From Balanoglossus misakiensis (taxonomy: Eukaryota; Animalia; Hemichordata): a stretch of DNA of 64,000 nucleotides. The position numbers and the translations under genes are program-made. Positions within the stretch are counted from its first letter, which is position 1. The number at the start of each line of letters is the position of its first letter. The notes below the pieces were generated by a model, which was not told where the DNA came from, searched no databases, and worked only from the letters and a program-made list of their open reading frames with translations. Below, piece by piece: positions 50,074 to 63,022 of this stretch. The stretch is from assembly GCA_040954595.2 (NCBI GenBank), contig CM082579.2, positions 15,290,550 to 15,354,549 of the forward strand, given 5' to 3'.

Positions 50074-51462
50074 AGTCCTGTTTCAAAATGACCTACATTA
50101 CACGTCCTATACACATGTATTGCATGTTTTGATTGGTTTATCCGCTTCTCTTAGGTCCACTTGCGGCACGCTGATTGGAGGGACCTTGTAGGTTAGGTCT
50201 TATTATTATGTATTATTCACTAGACCTTGTAGGTTAGGTCTTATTACTATGCATTTTTCGCTTTACAGCTCCCTGATTGGTTAACGTGTCAGTCTGGTCC
50301 CCCATGTGTTCACTGCCTCATAATACAGGACCTTGTAGGTTAGGTCATATTAATATGTATTTATTCACCATACAGCTCCCTGATTGGTTAACGTGTCAGT
50401 CTGGTCTCCCAGTGTTCACTGCCTCATTGTGAAATGTCCCATGTGCTTCCTGGCTAGCGTTGTGGTAACACATTATTCGGGATGTCCGCAGATCATTCAT
50501 TAATTTTCTGAGAAATAGCCTGACTGATACTATCTCCAACATAAACCGCACCCTGGAAAGATTAAATGATTTTTAGATGGACTTTGAAAATCTGATTAAC
50601 ACATCTAAGCATTTTTGCTAACAGTTGTATATTTTCTTAAATCACCCTCCTACTTCTCATCATCAATATTATTATTGTTGTTTTACTATTTTAAAGTAAA
50701 TTTGTTTTGACGTAGATGTTGTGAAAAGGAGTACGTTGTCCGTTTATACATTCGTATATTGTTTTCATAAAAATGGAACTATGACGGTGCAGCTTCGTGA
50801 AAGAAGTACAATAAAAGTAATCATACCTGTAAAGCAACTAATGAGGTATCCCAATTAAAGAAATGCAATGCTATTCTAAACAGTTCTATTGTAAGATATT
50901 TTTGGTTTGCTCGAATGAATAGCACACACTTCGTATTCAGCCAGGTGTTACACAAAGTGATGCGCTGAAAAGCATTACGTAACAAAACACTAGCCCATTT
51001 CAACAAACCGCCACTGGAAATAAAATAAAAAAATTCTCCTGGCAATTTTTATTTCGAGTATCTAGTTCACAGTATCACAAAAAAATGCCATGAATAGTGA
51101 AGGAAAGGTTAAATCCAATCATTATATGAGTGCCTTTCTTTATACACTGGGATCGAGCTTCGACAACGCGCAGGCAGCATGCCAGACAGAATACGACAAC
51201 TGTATTCAGAAAGTACAAAAGACTTTGCATAACGAGGCAGTGAAAATTGGAGACCTACACATTAACCAATCAGGGAGCTGTAAAGTGAATAATACATAGT
51301 AATAAGACCTAACCTACAAGGTCTAGTGAATAATACATAATAATAAGACCTAACACATAAGGTCCCTCCAATCACCGTGCCTCAAGTGGACCTAAGATTA
51401 CCAGATGGACCAATCACAGATGTCGGTACATATGTCATGGACCTGACTTATGAAACATGACT
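50074..51462. mobile_element. Non-autonomous TIR element with long modular TIRs and 3-bp TSD (ATT), right arm only
   Basis: ggtcacATT|agtcctgtttca...tgaaacatgact|ATTcagaa; empty site ttctgAATgtgacc at ~37680. ~200-bp inverted ends with sub-repeats gaccttgtaggttaggtcttatta. A PIF/Harbinger-related (PHIS) assignment is tentative. Confidence 0.85.
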
Positions 51463-54400
51463 ATTCAGAACTACCTAGTCTATGCCCGGCAGTGTTCTGT
51501 CTGCTTTGCTTCCAAAACTAATGTCTGGCCTCACTCATGCCACTTGCCCAATAAACTAATACCCCTTGCTGGGAATTATGATGTAACTAGCGTCGCTTTG
51601 AAGCCTATCACATTACTGAACAGTGTTGATTTGGTGTAAGATTATAGTGAAGGCAGGGCTTATTACATTGAAAATGCTACCCAACCTTAATTACACGTAT
51701 GTATATCATTTGTCTAATCATTGGAAAAACAATGTACATGTACCAAAGACTAAGTAGCTATTTGAAGGTGAATCGCAAGTGGGCACTTTCATTACTTAAC
51801 CTCAAGCAGTCGGTTAGCTACCGTATACTAAGACAAACATTCCTGGTGTAATTAACATCACTGTCATTAGTAATATCTATCTCCAATCAGTATCAGTTCT
51901 GCCTTTATGTTATTTTAAGTCAATTGTCAAGGTTCATGTACATATATTACAGGTTAACTGTCTTGTCAAAAACTTACGCATGTACATGTACCTAATTCTA
52001 GGCTTACCTGTAGGGTTAGAGATACAGTGTTTTATATTAATATGCATTAATATGAAACTAAAATTTGATGGTTAATTTAAGACCCCCCTGAGCAATGGTA
52101 ACCTCGTTAAATATGTGCATATCTAATTCTAGGCTATTCAGCTGAAGTAGAAACCTGGACATGGACAACTTCGGGGTCAAAATCTTTTGACAAACATTTG
52201 TGTGATCTTGGGTAAACTTTGACCTACATTCCTATATTTTAGCATCCGGAGCAGATACAACCTTGACACTTGGAGTGATGGAACTATTTGATTGAGTATT
52301 ATGTCTTGCCTCATTAATTATGTACTTACCTAATGCCAGCCTAACCAATAGGGCTGGAAGTCTGGCTTTTTGGACATGATAAATTTGAGATCAACATTTT
52401 TCTACAGCAGCCAGCCTTCTCTTAAAAAGAATGGACAATATAAAGGCTTTGATGGTATACTGAACTTTTGACTCCCTCCCTGAGACTGTGTGCCAATGAC
52501 GGGATAGCCTACTCAGCGTTGGGTAGATCCTAAGAAGGCCTCAGCCAGGCATCAAATACAAAAAGCGGAAATCCAAGCTTTAATGGTGGGTTACATCGTT
52601 AACTTCCCTGCAGAGCTGATTTCTCAGACTGTGAGCCAATGACGGGTAAAGCCCCTAGGTAGGGGCCACCTAAGACAGGCCGGTCATGCTTTAATCACAA
52701 AGAAGGGCAAGTTTAGTCTTACCACAACTTTGTCTGCTGTATATGCTTCATAAAGATTGCAGAGTATTTTGAGAATACATTGTGTTAAGGCAGTGTGACC
52801 AGCTAAAAAGTACTGGCAAACACAGCCAATGTGTAATGAAAAACATCTAATTTGGCTGAATAAAAGACATAAAACACAGCAAAAGCACTGTGACTAGCTG
52901 AGACATAATACTCCATTATGCAGTTCCATCACTCCAAGTGTCAGGGATGTATCTGTGCCGGATGCCAAGATATAGGAATGTAGGTCAAAGTTTACCCAAG
53001 ATCACCCAACATTTTGTCAAAAGATTTTGACCCCAAAGTTGTCCATGTCCAGGTTTCTACCGCAACTGGATAGCCTAGAATTAGATATGTACATATTTAA
53101 TGAGGTTACCATGGATCAAGGCAGTCCTAAGTAAACCATCAAATTTTTAGTTTCATGTTAATTCATGTTAATATAAAACGCTGTATCCCTAACCCACTGG
53201 TATGCCATTCTGTGTTTCATGCTACCCAATATGGGTAAGTAGGTAAAAAGTCACCCTAGGCCAATTGAAATTTTGCTGAAAAAATCACGTCTCTTACATA
53301 TGTACATTTGGTAAAAGGGAAATTTTAATCACGGAGTAGAACATATTCATAAAAAATATTTGAGGGAAAGAAGGAAGTTTTTCATAGCTTTGGTGCGTCA
53401 AATAGTAGAGAGGTTCCCTTGTTATCCTTAGACTCAAACTCAGAGTTTCCAATCTTTCAGTATTTTCATGATATTACTTTCCATCTTAGATTTGTTCATC
53501 TAAACAAACTGACTGATAGGTATACATGAACATTTTATTGACTAATGAATGTGCCTGTATGTTGCAATTTAAAGAAGTCAGATATTAAACAAGCGCCACA
53601 CCTGTTTTAATCAGCCTCCATATGGAGGGTACACATCGCAGAGAGATGACAAACCCCATGCAAATTCAAGTAATATGTCTCAATGGTGCTGATTTTAAAG
53701 GATAGGTGGATGATTTGAAAAATGTTATTGTGGAAAAAGATGTGTAAAATTTGGCAGCTTGTGAGGCTTTAATTGTAAAATCTTTGAAATGTGTTTTACT
53801 CTTTAGGTCCAATTTTGTATATGTCAATATACCATTGGGACCAATGTGAAATTGTTCTAAACTCAGAAACTCAAGAAGGTACTGGTCAGATTGCTTTAGA
53901 AATTGGTGTGTATTTATGTTATTGAGACTTTATACAGATTTTATTTTTCATTTTTGAAGTATATTTTGGGGTGATTTTGGTCGTCATATACTCAGAAACC
54001 TCTACCCACATTTTTTTTAAAATTTGGTTTGCATGTTTTTAGGTGTGATTTTATGACAATTTAACAAACCCAGTGATGGAAGTGACAATATTTTTTTTTT
54101 TTTTTTTTTTGGCAATTACTGCCATTTTTGTCTGATTGCTTTGCAATTTAGTTTGCAGTTTCTAGGGAATTCTTACTGTGGTGCACAAAATTCACAAAGG
54201 TGATTTACTATCCTCATGCGCTTTGTTGAACTGGCACCCTGTTGCAAAACAGACATTACAACACTCTTTGAATTGAATTCATAGCTACCAATTTTTCGGG
54301 GGTGTAGCACCTTTTTTATGCCTAAAACTTTGATCGAGAACTTCAAATTAAATGCAACCCTCCAAATATTTGCAATATTTCAGGTAAAATGATTTAATTT

Positions 54401-55670
54401 TAAAGCATAAATTTTGATGTATTCATAATCATTAAGAAAAACACATTTTGAAAATAGAATATTAATCACACTAGCAGTCATAATACTTTTGAATCATCAC
54501 TAAAGAACATATAGAAAAATTAAACAGGTGTTAATTATTTATATTTGAACGCAAAGCGTAAATTCCCTTGTGCCATGGAATTGACAATCTGCAACTGGTG
54601 GGGTCCTTCTGCCAGTAAAAAGCATCAGATAAATTCTGCATGCTCATCACCGAGGCAATTTAGGTGTACTTTTGTACTTTAAGAACTGTCGGTTTTCGCA
54701 ACTGAAACTCTGTTCACAGGACAGAGGAAAAACTAGAATGACAACAGCTATGTAAGCTAACAAAAGGAACACAGAGCATAGTTCTCCATACTCACATTTT
54801 AATGCAATAATTTTTGCTGAAACTGGGGCGTCCGTGGGCAGGCAAAGGCAGTTCTAACTCGACTTGCAAATAAGGCCCATGTCTCTTGTTCGCTGAGATT
54901 GTCTGGTTCTAATAATAGCTGTAAGAACTTGATCATTGACCGAACTGTTGGTTCAATTTTGCAACATTTTATGATTTCAAGCTGTGCAATATTTGCAACT
55001 CAGTTTCAACTTTGGTTGGAGGGATGATGATGAAGCCATTTCACTGACAAAATAGCGCTACTGATTGATGTCAATGTTTGTTTACAGTCAAATGCATTGC
55101 CATCATAAAAATACATGTGAGAAATTTCTTATGTGTATGATACACACTTTTGTGCATGACTGCAAACTCTGTTACAGTTGTGAAATTCTAAGGGTTGAAT
55201 TCATTGGGTAGAATTCATGTTTTTTGGATTCTTAAACAACCAGTCACGAAAGCTAAGTGGTTACCTCAGAGAAACTGTGTTAAATTTGGTCATCAATTGC
55301 TTTAAATCACACAAGACATTCCCAGAGCTAAAGTTACTGCAGCAGTCAGTTTCAACTCAGCTTGCAAATTGGGATCATGTCTTGTGTTCATCGAGACTGT
55401 CTGTAGTCGAGTTGACAGTCCTATGGGGTCAATGATGAACCTACAAATGTTCTTTCCAATGAAATTGTTATAAATCTAATATTCAGGATTTGCATTCATA
55501 CCTTAAACAATATAACTGTATTGCAAATATGGCAACTCTTCTAAGTTACATTGGAACACCTTCTCGCCACTGTTTGTGCCAAAATGGTGAATAAGCTTTC
55601 ATTTTCAAGCCTTAACATAGGCACCCAAAACAAGACAACAGCATTGCAAATATGGCATTTTTTGTTCAAC

Positions 55671-56330
55671 TCTTCTCATTTGCATAGTCCAAAATGGCCG
55701 CCAAACTCCTCTAACATGTAAATTTCCTATGGTCGTCTTAAATAGTGTGTAGTATCGCATTTGAAGGGTTTTCATCAATATGGGTACCTAAAACAATTTC
55801 AACGTGGTTGACATTGCAATGTTAGACAGCTGTTCTAATTTGCATAATCTAGAATGGCCGACAAACTTCTCTAACATGTAAATTTACTATGGTTGTCTTT
55901 AATAGTGTGTAATATCGCATTTGCAGGGTTTTCATCAATATGGGTAACTAAAACAATTTCAGCGTGGTTGACATGGCAATATTAGACAACTGTTCTAATT
56001 TGCATAATCCAAAATGGCCACCAAACTCTTCTTAAATGTAAATTTCCCTGTTTTGTCTTATATGGTGCCTAAAATCGCATTTGCAGGGTTTTCATCAATA
56101 TGGGTAACTAAAACAATTTCAGCGTGGTTGACATGGCAATATTAGACAACTGTTCTAATTTGCATAATCCAAAATGGCCGACAAACTTCTCTAACATGTA
56201 AATTTCCCTGGTTTGTCTTATATGGTGTGTAATATCGCATTTTCACGGTTTTAATTAATATGGGTACCTAAAACAATTTCAACGTGGTTGACATGGCAAT
56301 ATTACACAACTGTTCTAATTTGCATAATTC
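55671..56330. repeat. 160-bp tandem repeat (~4 units)
   Basis: Anchor tgcata at 55681, 55841, 56001, 56161 and 56321. The left arm has only ~1.5 inverted units (30150-30380). Confidence 0.92.
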
Positions 56331-56937
56331 GAACACCTGCTGGATAATTTAATTTTTGCCCTTCTTGTCCCATGATTATATGTGTAATATCTCATTTTCA
56401 ATGTGTTTACATGTATATATGCAGAATCCATTTCAAACTAAGTGGGCATATTGTAGCGCCAATCTTATTTTTTAATCCGCACCACAGAACTGATGCAAAG
56501 TTTAGGACTGGAAATGTATGTGGCCACTGGCCGACACCCCGGGCGAGAGGTCTCCAATTATTTTCAGCACATAGTGTGCTTCCCGGTTGATAACATCAAT
56601 ATGTGTAAATGCCAAAAACCCGACCTATCGTAATACCAGTCAAATTTTCTTTGTCATTTACCATTTTTCTCTTGCATATGAACGTTTTTCTTAAAGAGTA
56701 CATACCCATATACATTTGTATGGGAGCACACATCCCCACCCCCTGCCAACAATAATTGGACAACTTTATTCTTCTTATACTTCTTTTTAGTCTAAACATT
56801 CATATAGAGAAGGCAACATGTTCTTGAAGCTGCTGACTATGGAAATATGATGAAGTACATTTTCCTAGTTGTACATGTACAGTATGATAGGCCCAATGTA
56901 CCAATTGGAGATGTGTGCCTTACAGGCAATATACATG

Positions 56938-59222
56938 TAGCTCTGCATGGCCTGGTTAATCAATGTTGACGCAAAGGTTGACCCTACCAAACACTCAAAA
57001 TTAATGGGCACGACACTGGCCACTAGCTCTGCATGGCCTGGTTAATCAATGTTGACGCAAAGGTTGACCCCACCAAACACTCAAAATTGATGGGCACGAC
57101 ACTGGCCACTAGCTCTGCATGGCCTGGTTAATCAATGTTGACGCAAAGGTTGACCCCACCAAACACTCAAAATTGATGGGCACGACACTGGCCACTAGCT
57201 CTGCATGGCCTGGTTAATCAATGTTGACGCAAAGGTTGACCCCACCAAACACTCAAAATTGATGGGCACGACACTGGCCACTAGCTCTGCATGGCCTGGT
57301 TAATCAATGTTGACGCAAAGGTTGACCCCACCAAACACTCAAAATTGATGGGCACGACACTGGCCACTAGCTCTGCATGGCCTGGTTAATCAATGTTGAC
57401 GCAAAGGTTGACCCCACCAAACACTCAAAATTGATGGGCACGACACTGGCCACTAGCTCTGCATGGCCTGGTTAATCAATGTTGACGCAAAGGTTGACCC
57501 CACCAAACACTCAAAATTGATGGGCACGACACTGGCCACTAGCTCTGCATGGCCTGGCTAATCAAGGTTGACGCAAAGGTTGACCCCACCAAACACTCAA
57601 AATTGATGGGCACGACACTGGCCACTAGCTCTGCATGGCCTGGCTAATCAAGGTTGACGCAAAGGTTGACCCCACCAAACACTCAAAATTGATGGGCACG
57701 ACACTGGCCACTAGCTCTGCATGGCCTGGCTAATCAAGGTTGACGCAAAGGTTGACCCCACCAAACACTCAAAATTGATGGGCACGCCACTGGCCCCTAG
57801 CTCTGCATGGCCTGGCTAATCAAGGTTGACGCAAAGGTTGACCCCACCAAACACTCAAAATTAATGGGCGCGACACTGGCCACTAGCTCTGGCCTGGCTA
57901 ATCAATGTTGATGCAAGGGTTGACCCCACCAAACACTCAAAATTGATGGGCACGACACTGGCCACTAGCTCTGGCCTGGCTAATCAAGGTTGACGCAAAG
58001 GTTGACCCCACCAAACACTCAAAATTGATGGGCACGACACTGGCCACTAGCTCTGGCCTGGCTAATCAAGGTTGACGCAAGGGTTGACCCCACCAAACAC
58101 TCAAAATTAATGGGCGCAACGCTGGCCACTAAGCTCTGGCCTGGCTAATCAATGTTGACGCAAGGGTTGACCCCACCAAACACTCATAATTGATGGGCAC
58201 GACACTGGCCACTAGCTCTGGCCTGGCTAATCAATGTTGACGCAAGGGTTGACCCCACCAAACACTCAAAATTGATGGGCACGACACTGGCCACTAAGCT
58301 CTGGCCCTGGCTAATCAAGGTTAACGCAAGGGTTGACCCCACCAAACACTCATAATTGATGGGCACGACACTGGCCACTAGCTCTGGCCTGGCTAATCAA
58401 GGTTGACGCAAGGGTTGACCCCACCAAACACTCAAAATTGATGGGCACGACACTGGCCACTAGCTCTGGCCTAGCTAATCAATGTTGACGCAAGGGTTGA
58501 CCCCACCAAACACTCAAAATTGATGGGCACGACACTGGCCACTAGCTCTGGCCTGGCTAATCCAGGTTGACGCAAGGGTTGACCCCACCAAACACTCAAA
58601 ATTAATGGGCGCGACACTGGCCACTAAGCTCTGGCCTGGCTAATCAAGGTTGACGCAAGGGTTGACCCCACCAAACACTCAAAATTGATGGGCACGACAC
58701 TGGCCACTAAGCTCTGGCCTGGTTAATCAATGTTGACGCAAAGGTTGACCCCACCAAACACTCAAAATTAATGGGCACGACACTGGCCACTAGCTCTGCA
58801 TGGCCTGGTTAATCAATGTTGACGCAAAGGTTGACCCCACCAAACACTCAAAATTAATGGGCACGACACTGGCCACTAGCTCTGCATGGCCTGGTTAATC
58901 AATGTTGACGCAAAGGTTGACCCCACCAAACACTCAACATTAATGGGCACGACACTGGCCACTAGCTCTGCATGGCCTGGTTAATCAATGTTGACGCAAA
59001 GGTTGACCCCACCAAACACTCAAAATTAATGGGCACGACACTGGCCACTAGCTCTGCATGGCATGGTTAATCAATGTTGACGCAAAGGTTGACCCCACCA
59101 AACACTCAAAATTAATGGGCACGACACTGGCCACTAGCTCTGCATGGCCAGGTTAATCAATGTTGACGCAAAGGTTGACCCCACCAAACACTCAAAATTA
59201 ATGGGCACGACACTGGCCACTA
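56938..59222. repeat. 82-86-bp satellite array (~27 units)
   Basis: Unit tagctctgcatggcctggttaatcaatgttgacgcaaaggttgaccccaccaaacactcaaaattgatgggcacgacactggccac starts at 56938, 57024, 57110, etc.; the central units lack GCAT. Confidence 0.98.
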
Positions 59223-59527
59223 CATGTATTTGTGATATTTTACATGGTTAACCACGCCTTGAGAAAAGTAATTATAAGAGAACTTTGTTTCCAAAGTTAG
59301 GGGAGAATAATCTAACGGGAGATGGGAGTACCTCAGGCTACTGAGCTCGTTCCCTTCCTCATGTACTTTACTGGGCGTATTTGATGTACTATAATAATTC
59401 CGGACAATAAATGAACGTAAATCAGATACGTTTCTCCGTGGATCACGGTTCTCGTCAGAGCCCGTTACCTCATCGCTACAGATTCCCCGATGCATGAACA
59501 ATCATGAGAAACCAGCGGTAATACAAG

Positions 59528-60067
59528 TGTCACGATTGAGTTTTAACGATCATAGATCTTGTTTATGATTACGTAAGAAGTCATTCACTTATATGGTTTT
59601 AGTCCAGTATTGACATTGGTACTTGACCCAGAGTAAACAAGATTGTGTAATTGATACATGTCAGAACGAGATAGAGATATCACGCGCTAAGTTCATGTTT
59701 AAGAAATATCAAGATGACGTGTTCCTTTTATGACTTAATACTTGACTAACGTATTAATAAGGTGTGGTGAAATTTGAGATCACACATTTATCACCGGAGA
59801 TCCGTGATTGGAGTCAACGAGCATGGATCGAGTCGTGTAATTCTTACGTGTGACCAGTAATAAACCAGAACTTTGTGTTACTCGGAAAACTTCTTGCAAG
59901 TCTCTGTCTACGAAAGGTTTACGATCTGCCGGGTACCTCTCTCGGACTTTATGAATATGTTGGGTGGAGAAGGAGATGGAGAGAATGTACGCCGTCAGCT
60001 TTCGGACGTGGCTGATTCCCCACAGAAGCCGATGAGGTAAACGTCCGGAGGACGACCGGCCGTGACA
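59528..60067 (+). mobile_element. Possible solo LTR
   Basis: Inverted termini TGTCACG...CGTGACA, internal AATAAA (~59858), flanks acaag / acaaa (4 of 5 match). Confidence 0.4.
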
Positions 60068-60224
60068 ACAAACTGCATGAATTAAAGTTCAACAATCCTT
60101 AGAAGACAGGAACGTCAGAGGTTGAATCTTGATGGGAAAAGGCGAGGTATCGCTGGTTATCATCCGCGTACTGATGAAATTGTAGGATGTGGGGACGAAT
60201 CGGTTTACTATAAAGTGGGGCTAT

Positions 60225-60400
60225 ATAAATGGTGAACAACAGAGGGGCAGTGGCACCCCATATACGAGAGGTGACTGTGAACTTGCAGTGTTTTCGATGA
60301 TTACAGTTTGATATCTATATTGAAGGTAAGATGTAAACCATGTTAGTACTGTGTCTGAGATGCCAAGGTTCGATAGTCTACAAAGAAGTATCCCGTGATG
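60225..60400 (-). pseudogene. CR1/L2-type LINE reverse transcriptase fragment
   Basis: HGILLCRLSNLGISDTVLTWFTSYLQYRYQTVII...LVYGVP matches the non-LTR RT segment (h.iLl.rL...Gi.g..l.Wf.SYL..R.q.V...GVPQG), with a deletion after GVP. Confidence 0.88.
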
Positions 60401-62143
60401 CAAATGTACAACTGAAGAAAAAAGGAATCACAAATCTTAAAACTAAGATGCCGTTAAGAATTAAATTTCGCGAAAAGGAAGTGACGAAATACGTACATTT
60501 TCAGGTGCTCTACAACAAGTAGTCTCCCTATCATCCCTATTGGAGCATGCAGCTAAAATTTACCATGACGTCATTGATTCTACGCGAACGTTTTTCTAAT
60601 GGCGATAAACATATTTTGTATAAATTGTGCTCAAACGCCCGTGAATCTCACTCGCAAAAATTCACAAGTGGCGCATACAACACTAGGAAGAAAATTGTTT
60701 AGCAGTCTATAGAGTTTGTGACCTGAGATTTGGAAGTAAAAGTTAAACTTAAAAGTTGAGACAGAAGTGATTGAAGAGTAAAGAAACTTTTGAAGTGTTA
60801 AGAAAGTTATCGCATTCCTGATGAAAAGAAAAGAAAATACAATACATTCATTGTTTTAAGGAACACAAGGAAGACAAGTACTATGCAATCAGAGTATGCA
60901 TGGATCATTCATCTAAAAATATATCTCCGCGTCTTTTGGCGGGTAAAAATAAAATGCTGGAACGATCTTTTGGATGGCGGACTATTTGTCCTTCTTGTCC
61001 TCAGAACGCAAGTGGTCGAGTAGGTTTATTTCATTAAATTCTTATATTCTCAGTTGCTACCATAAATACCCAGTGTTCGTGTCGATGTATCTGGACGTCA
61101 GCACGATTCCATATAGGTACCTCTCAGTATTAGCCAAGCGAGTTATCCCCATCGATAGAGTTTAATTCCCCGTTACATTCCCAACACCAATCCTCCCGCG
61201 TGACATTGAGGTTGAAGGTATACAAACCTTAGGAATCATGCAACCATCCAGAAAGTGTAATAAATTTTGAAGCTATGATGTGAGTTTTCAGTTCGTTTCT
61301 TGTTTTGATTTGTTGATGTAACATTGTGCGTTTTAAATAAAAGATAAAAAAATGTACAGCAATGACGTCACAAAATTCACTGGTATTGATAAAGCTATAT
61401 TATATCATATATTATATGTGTTAAATACTACCGTATCTCATTATTGCAGTATTTCGTGCTTTAACACAAAATACGCGAATAGGGTTTAATACAAAACTAA
61501 ATGACACAATTTCTGTTTCTTTGCCAAAATTCTTAATCACAAGATCAACCCATCCTTACGCCTCTACTCTATTGCTAAGAGAAACCAGCGTCCGTAACAT
61601 GCATTGTGAAACCCCTCAACAACATGCATGTCAACACTTCATTTTTTCTCCAGCATTGTCAGTTTGGTACCCTGACAACTCACGGGGCATCATGGGACAA
61701 TATTAAAGCTGATTCAGTGTTTATGTGCATAAAACACACGGCGGTGGAAACATTCGTTTTAAATTATTGTGGACGCGCGCACGCCCTTGTCTGTGTACAG
61801 GTACTTGATGCTTGTCTACAGTCACGTGAAACGCTGTTGGTAGTACCCTAGAAGATAGATATCTTTAATCAGAACTTTGGTAAGGAAGGTTTGAGAAGTC
61901 CATTCTATGTAAAGAAAGTTTAAGAAGTGTGTTACCAAAGGGTGTGGGGGTGGCTGGGGGTCATCAATATATCACTCTGCATCACGTTCACAGAAAAGGT
62001 CGCGACACGCCCACAAATTCACTCACGACTTGCGTCACCGGTTACAGGAGTTCGTACAAAAGTGTGGTTTATGCACATTTACACTGAATCAGTTTTTTTG
62101 GCCCATGATGCCCATGGGCCAATACATGCCACGATGCCTCCAT

Positions 62144-62385
62144 AATGATGATGGCAATGATGGTGATGATGATGATTGTGGTGGTGGTGGTGGTGGTGAT
62201 TGAGCTTTAATTTCCCTTTCTTCCTGTCTAACCACTTCCTCTCTCACCTTCACTTATTCGGTCTCTCCCCTCCCCTTCTGTCAAAGTCCTCCCCTCATTC
62301 CCTTTCCATCCTGACATTCTCATTTCCGCCCTCTTGCTTTTCTTCTCCTTTCTCACATTCCTTTTCTCACCTCTCTCCCCCCCTC
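62144..62385. repeat. (GAT)n/(GGT)n microsatellite followed by a ~175-bp polypyrimidine tract
   Basis: Directly visible. Confidence 0.85.
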
Positions 62386-63022
62386 CGTAACATGTTATGT
62401 AATATATAAAGTAAAAAAGTCCAAAGCATGATGTTATCACAGATGACATTTGGAATGTATTATTGTACTATCTGGTTTAATTTCAAACATAGTGGAGTTA
62501 TTTATTGGCCAGTATTTAAGCATGTTTAAAGAAGTCAAACAGCATAATAGGCACATTTCATATCAAACAAAATTGACCAAATAAGCTCAAAAGAGGATTT
62601 GAACAATTTGTCCCTTTAAGTAATGTTCAATATTGGATTTACACTTGTGAGTGTATGTCATCTCCCTTTTGTTAGAAACCTCACAGTCATATAATAAACA
62701 GGTGACCTGACAATCATTTGAAATACCAAACTTCGGCAGCTATTCCAGTTTGGTCCAAAAACCTAATTTTAACTGGCACCTCAACTTTAGGACTATTATG
62801 GATGTTGCTGAAACTTGAAGTGGGCTGCTTGTGAAGAGGAAGACGTGGAGTGTCTCTCAGACAACGCTGCGCTCAGTCAGAGATAAAGTCAAAATATGGA
62901 TTTGACTTGCAACAGTAATTTGTTAGTTAAGTCAAATTCAACTTAAATCTGTCTCTTTGGGTCAGTCTTAACGGGTGTAGCATGCTGGAAGGGTGTGCTT
63001 ACCCATTTCCGACACCTAGTAC

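Larger units (their letters stand above)
46930..56930 (+). repeat. Right arm of the ~27-kb palindrome
   Basis: Reverse complement of 29480-40640 with its own insertions. Begins attgagcatgcgcag..aacaagATGGCG (ATG 46969, donor at 47121) and ends at the 86-bp satellite. Confidence 0.93.

Noticed and set aside
29480-56930. Palindrome as an assembly or chimeric-read artefact
   Set aside because: The arms are clearly diverged and have private insertions with TSDs and different tandem copy numbers, which fold-back read artefacts would not produce.
3533-56930. Intact Polinton/Maverick or autonomous Helitron
   Set aside because: No pPolB, packaging ATPase, capsid, Rep/helicase or transposase ORF is visible; the only integrase belongs to the Gypsy element.
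56938-59222. CRISPR array
   Set aside because: The whole unit repeats with no unique spacers; no cas genes; eukaryotic context.
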